NCBI GenBank assembly: GCA_044440125.1
Contig: JBITAJ010000006.1
Span: 35,840-99,839, forward strand
DNA: 64,000 nt
Direction of reading: 5' to 3'
From: Sedimentisphaeraceae bacterium JB056
Lineage (GTDB): Bacteria > Planctomycetota > Phycisphaerae > Sedimentisphaerales > Sedimentisphaeraceae
A program made the translations under genes and the position numbers. Below, piece after piece: positions 58,048 through 64,000 of the stretch. Numbering within the stretch: the stretch's first letter is position 1; every line of letters begins with the position of its first letter. The notes beneath the pieces were generated by a model. The model was not told the origin of the DNA. It made no database searches and worked only from the letters and a program-made list of their open reading frames with translations.

Positions 58048-58833
58048 ATGATAAAATTTAAGGATAACTGGAAAGAGGTCTTTGGAGCTAACGGGTTTTG
58101 TGATGAAAATAACTTGTATGACTTCAAAGGTGGTGAGATAATTAATGTAAATGCAAGGCGAAATGTTACGAAATTCGCAATGGATGTGAATGGAAGTAAA
58201 CAGGTATTCTTTATGAAACGTTTTTTCAACGAACATTATAAAGATATAATTGCCGGTTTTAAAAATCATTTTGCTATAGTTTCTCAAGGTGAGGTTGAAT
58301 GGCGTAATGCCAATAAATTATTGGAAATCGGGGTTGAGACATACTGTCCGGTTTGTTTTGGCGTGAAAGAATTCAACCTGAACAATATGTGTTCGTTTGT
58401 CGTAACCAAAGAGATTGATGGTGAATGTTTTTCTGATGTTGTAGCTGACAGATGGGTTAGTTTTTCTGATAAGCAGAAACAGAGTGTACTGGACAGCGTA
58501 GCTTCTGTTGCTGTTAAGATACATAATGAGAAAATATCTTTGCCTGATCTTTACGTGTGGCATTATTATTGCGACTCTGATCCGCAGGCCAGTAAGGATA
58601 TGGCAGTGATCGATCTTCACAGGATGAAGTTAAGAGCTGGAGAGAGAGATTTTGTTAAGAATCTTGGCGGGCTGCATTACAGTATGCATGAGAAGTATTT
58701 TACCAATGACCATCGCAATTATGTTATTGAAGAGTATTGCAGGCAGCGAGGAGTCAACTGCAAGAGATTTATGAATAAAGTGCATAAAAGAAGCAAGTTG
58801 GTTTCGTCAAGACGGCATCCGCCGGGATATTGA
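58048..58833 (+). CDS. Lipopolysaccharide kinase (Kdo/WaaP family)
   Basis: FFMKRF, EWRNA, SFVVTKEI, PDLYVWH, IDLHR; ATG 58048 preferred. Confidence 0.78.
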   Translation: MIKFKDNWKEVFGANGFCDENNLYDFKGGEIINVNARRNVTKFAMDVNGSKQVFFMKRFFNEHYKDIIAGFKNHFAIVSQGEVEWRNANKLLEIGVETYCPVCFGVKEFNLNNMCSFVVTKEIDGECFSDVVADRWVSFSDKQKQSVLDSVASVAVKIHNEKISLPDLYVWHYYCDSDPQASKDMAVIDLHRMKLRAGERDFVKNLGGLHYSMHEKYFTNDHRNYVIEEYCRQRGVNCKRFMNKVHKRSKLVSSRRHPPGY

Positions 58834-58887
58834 TGAAACTTTCCCAATTATATTTTATGGTCTTTTGTTAAATTTTAATTAGGAGAA

Positions 58888-59403
58888 ATGATTATGAGGT
58901 GTTTATTTTTATTGTTGGCCGCCGGTATGGTTCTGGTTGGGTGTCAGTATGAAGCTCCTTTGTCACAGCCGCAAGGTCTTGAGATTGACAGGGGTTTGAT
59001 TGGGTCGTGGCTTCAGAGTAGTGACGAGGTTAAGGAAGGCAAGCAGCCGGCTTCTGTTCTTGTATTCGAATTCACCGAAAAGGAATATTTGATTTCTTAC
59101 AGTGAAGATGATCAGATTTTGTATTTCAGGGGATATCCTGTTGAACTTGCGGGAGAGCCATACCTTCAGATGCAATTGTTAGGTACTGCGGAAACTCCTG
59201 TTGGTAGCGATGATAGAAAGTATCATCTTGCCAAATATGATTTTGATACTGAAATGATGGAGTTCAGCCTGCTCAACACCGATGTAGTAGATAAGACAAT
59301 AACCGACAGCGATGAACTCAAGGAAATGTTCCTCAAAAATAAAGATAACAAGCAGTTGTTTAGCGAATCCAGCGTTTTTTTAAGGCAGATGCCTGAGAAA
59401 TAA
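58888..59403 (+). CDS. Hypothetical lipoprotein
   Basis: Lipobox LVGC; ID.GLIGSW. Confidence 0.7.
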   Translation: MIMRCLFLLLAAGMVLVGCQYEAPLSQPQGLEIDRGLIGSWLQSSDEVKEGKQPASVLVFEFTEKEYLISYSEDDQILYFRGYPVELAGEPYLQMQLLGTAETPVGSDDRKYHLAKYDFDTEMMEFSLLNTDVVDKTITDSDELKEMFLKNKDNKQLFSESSVFLRQMPEK

Positions 59404-59414
59404 AATGTCATTCA

Positions 59415-59452
59415 ATAAGTGAAGGATTAGCTTGCGGGTATCCTTCACTTAT
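59415..59452. terminator. Hairpin between convergent genes
   Basis: ATAAGTGAAGGAT/ATCCTTCACTTAT perfect 13-bp stem. Confidence 0.7.
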
Positions 59453-60456
59453 AATACTATCGGTATTGGTGTTTTGCAGTTGGGGCATTCAGGTTTCGTT
59501 AAAAATACTTCGCTCGAGTATCCTGATCGTTTTATCAGAGTCTTGCTGCATGATGGGCAGGCTGTTTGGTTTGAAGCCCCTATGTTACCGGTGTATACAT
59601 ATTTCAAACCGTTGGCTTTCCCTATATCACACGCTTTGTATACAAGCTTAGGATCGGTTGAATTCTTATTGCAGTGGTGAGCTGGATAGAAAGCGCTGAC
59701 ATGCCATGGTATTTGCGGCGACAGCTCATCGGCGATGAATTTAGTCAGTGCGTTCAATTCTTTTGTCGAATCATTTGAATCTGGTATCACAAGCGTAGTG
59801 ATTTCAAGGTGTATGTCAGTATTGTGTGTTATATACCGAAGCGTATTGAGAACCGGTTCAAGGTTGCTGTCGGTCATCTCTTTGTAAAACTTCTGTGAAA
59901 AAGCTTTGAGATCGATGTTGATAGCATCAAGCCAGTCAGCGGCGAAATCTATTGCTTTCTTACTCATATAACCATTGCTGACGAATATATTTTTTAAGCC
60001 GGCTTTCTTTGCTTCTGTTGCGGCGTCAGCGGCTGTTTCCATGAATATGGTAGGTTCAGAGTAAGTGTAGGAAATACTGCTGCAGCCTGATTTGATTGCC
60101 GTTTTGACTATGTTTTCACTGCTTGTTTTTGCGCATCTTCCAAGCTCCTCGCAATCGATTTGACTTATCTGCCAGTTTTGGCAGAAGACGCAGCGGAAGT
60201 TGCATCCGGGTGCTGCTATTGAATAGCTTTTTGTTCCCGGCATGAAGTGGTATAGCGGTTTCTTTTCGATTGGATCGACTGCGGCAGCACAAAGCATATT
60301 GTAGTTGAGGCTGTAGAGTGTGCCGTCATGATTTTTACGAACTCTGCACCGTCCTATACCCTCCGGAGCAATATGGCAATTGAAATTGCAAAGTTCACAA
60401 TCAACCTCGTTGTTCCCTGCTTTTTGCCAGAGATAAGCTTCTTTTCTATCAATCAT
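59449..60456 (-). CDS. amrS: AmmeMemoRadiSam system radical SAM enzyme
   Basis: C.LC...C N-terminal cluster, DPIEKKPLYHF.PG, GCNFRCVFCQNW.ISQ, YTYSEP, YVYTGN, CPSC...CPNC. Confidence 0.9.
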   Translation of the reverse strand: MIDRKEAYLWQKAGNNEVDCELCNFNCHIAPEGIGRCRVRKNHDGTLYSLNYNMLCAAAVDPIEKKPLYHFMPGTKSYSIAAPGCNFRCVFCQNWQISQIDCEELGRCAKTSSENIVKTAIKSGCSSISYTYSEPTIFMETAADAATEAKKAGLKNIFVSNGYMSKKAIDFAADWLDAINIDLKAFSQKFYKEMTDSNLEPVLNTLRYITHNTDIHLEITTLVIPDSNDSTKELNALTKFIADELSPQIPWHVSAFYPAHHCNKNSTDPKLVYKACDIGKANGLKYVYTGNIGASNQTACPSCSKTLIKRSGYSSEVFLTKPECPNCKTPIPIVL

Positions 60457-60486
60457 GACTCCTACCTTCCTTTTATATTTTTACAA

Positions 60487-62529
<2,043 letters not shown>

Positions 62530-62581
62530 CTATCTAAAAAAGTATAAGCTTCTCTTAAAAAAAGACTTATGCTGTTATGTG

Positions 62582-63406
62582 TTATTTAATAGACAATGCC
62601 TCGCGGTAATCACGAGGTGTCATTCCTCTTGCTTTGCGAAACATTCTGGAGAAATAGTTCGGGTCGCCAAAGCCGCACATCGAAGATATATCAGAGATCT
62701 TATCCTCGGTTGAAGTGAGTAGCTGCTCGGCTTTTTTCAGTCGTTTTTCTGTTATATAGTCCTTTGCGGACAAATGAGTGTTCTTCTTGAACATTGTTGA
62801 GAGAGTCGAACGGTGAATGCTGAAATGTTCAGCTATGCTGTCAATGGTCAGCGAATAATTGTTGATATTCTTAGCTATATACGACTTGATGTCAGTAAAA
62901 ACCGGGTCAATATTCCTGTGTTTGACATCTTTGGCAATACTGTAGAGCATCTCATATGCTGCTGTTGACAATTCTCTCTCTATCCTGTCGGATTGTGAAG
63001 GCAGTTTCTCAATCCAGTCTATTATCATATCCATAGGTGAGCTTGAGTAGTCAAAAATGCCGGTTTCAAGTCCAAGCTTTGTAGCTATTTCATCAGCTTC
63101 ACTTCCATCAATACAGCACCAATAGAATTCAGTGGAATTCCGCATAGCGGCCATACTGCATGGGATATCTATCATTGCGATTATTGCCTGAACAGGTTTG
63201 AGCAGATGATCCTTGTCACCAAGTGTCGCTCTTATCTGTCCTGATACGCACCATACTAACAGTATGCAGGTATTGGCTTCGGGCAATATTATACGCCCTC
63301 TGTCGCAACGAAAGTGTCCTGCTGCCCTCAAACCAAGGGGCATATCGCCACTCGGAAGCGGACGCGGACGAAATTCAAATTCCTGAAAACAACTACCATT
63401 TTCCAT
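62582..63406 (-). CDS. AraC family transcriptional regulator
   Basis: C-terminal IAEHFSIH..TLS..FKK, CGFGDPNYFSRMFRKARGMTPRDYR. Confidence 0.9.
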   Translation of the reverse strand: MENGSCFQEFEFRPRPLPSGDMPLGLRAAGHFRCDRGRIILPEANTCILLVWCVSGQIRATLGDKDHLLKPVQAIIAMIDIPCSMAAMRNSTEFYWCCIDGSEADEIATKLGLETGIFDYSSSPMDMIIDWIEKLPSQSDRIERELSTAAYEMLYSIAKDVKHRNIDPVFTDIKSYIAKNINNYSLTIDSIAEHFSIHRSTLSTMFKKNTHLSAKDYITEKRLKKAEQLLTSTEDKISDISSMCGFGDPNYFSRMFRKARGMTPRDYREALSIK

Positions 63407-63562
63407 GAGAATGATTTTACTACATTTATGCTATCTTTTCCAGCAAAAATCCATTTTATTACTAATGTCAAATGCTACAATAACTTACAGCTTTGATTTG
63501 TTTAATTTTAACCTCTCAAATCAGGTGTGCGGCATAATGGGTTGTGTCGCCAAATAGAAGGT

Positions 63563-63604
63563 ATAAAGGGCGGTACTTCAGTATTATCTGATGCCGCCCT
63601 TTAT
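63563..63604. terminator. Strong hairpin, probable terminator
   Basis: ATAAAGGGCGGTA/TGCCGCCCTTTAT stem. Confidence 0.6.
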
Positions 63605-63933
63605 GTATTTATACATAAATTAAACAAAGACACCACTCAGCCTGCAAACATTTCTGAGATTTCTAAACTCAACCAATAGTAAAATTATAACCAAACTATT
63701 TTCGATTTCAAGTTGATTATAGTAATAACTTGAAATTGTAGGCAACGAGTTATTCCGTTTGCAAGGTTTTCGAGTCTTAGTTTGCCTTTGTTTTGACAGG
63801 CATTGATATTTCGCATGGTATTCATTGATCGTCTGGTTAAAAAACTTGTTTTTTCCATCACAGGAAGCATTTTGACTAATTTTGAGCGCAACGGTACTGT
63901 AAACTTTAATTGAAAGCTTAATTTGAGTGATAT

Positions 63934-63999
63934 TTATGCGGTTTTAGAATAGGTCAGCGATCTGATATTTTCAGCCTCACCTTCCTTTGTTCTGCCGTA
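63934..63999 (-). CDS. Possible 3' end of a gene entering from beyond the window
   Basis: Open frame from the window edge, YGRTKEGEAENIRSLTYSKTA*; too short to identify. Confidence 0.3.
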   Translation of the reverse strand, partial: YGRTKEGEAENIRSLTYSKTA

Positions 64000-64000
64000 A

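Noticed and set aside
63685..63891. 68-aa ORF and AT-rich hairpin (about 63707-63738) in the final intergenic region
   Set aside because: TTG start, no recognisable motif; cannot be supported as a gene, IS remnant or ncRNA.

Overview
Bacterial chromosomal window, most likely from a planctomycete of class Phycisphaerae (Sedimentisphaerales-like). This is an inference from a GLUG/dockerin surface protein, a DUF1844 gene and the gene repertoire. It is mostly core and envelope genes: DAHP synthase-hisA-rsgA; a GH38/Gfo-Idh-MocA/AraC sugar locus; rpsB-tsf; a TRAP transporter with a USP; leuD/leuB; rpsT; a GldA/F/G-like ABC operon with DUF4340; a GntR(YtrA)-ABC operon; a photolyase; rdgB; a large LPS lipid A/core cluster with four Kdo/WaaP-family kinases; amrS; ligA. 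No rRNA, tRNA or CRISPR array was recognised. The most notable non-coding structure is a small element family. A four-helix-bundle (23S-rRNA-IVP/Avd-like) gene lies between leuD and leuB, bracketed by inverted heptamer-repeat arms with an 18-bp core GTGGCTTTGCCGCATTTT. The identical 18-mer recurs at 34351-34368 between different inverted heptamer arms with no gene, and a variant occurs at about 42033. Also notable: a REP-associated tyrosine transposase carrying one REP inside its own ORF and an inverted copy upstream, other GTAG-type REP-like palindromes, and a perfect 19-bp inverted repeat wrapped around the promoter of an AAA_14/DUF4143 ATPase-nuclease gene. All assignments come from motif reading only; no searches were run.
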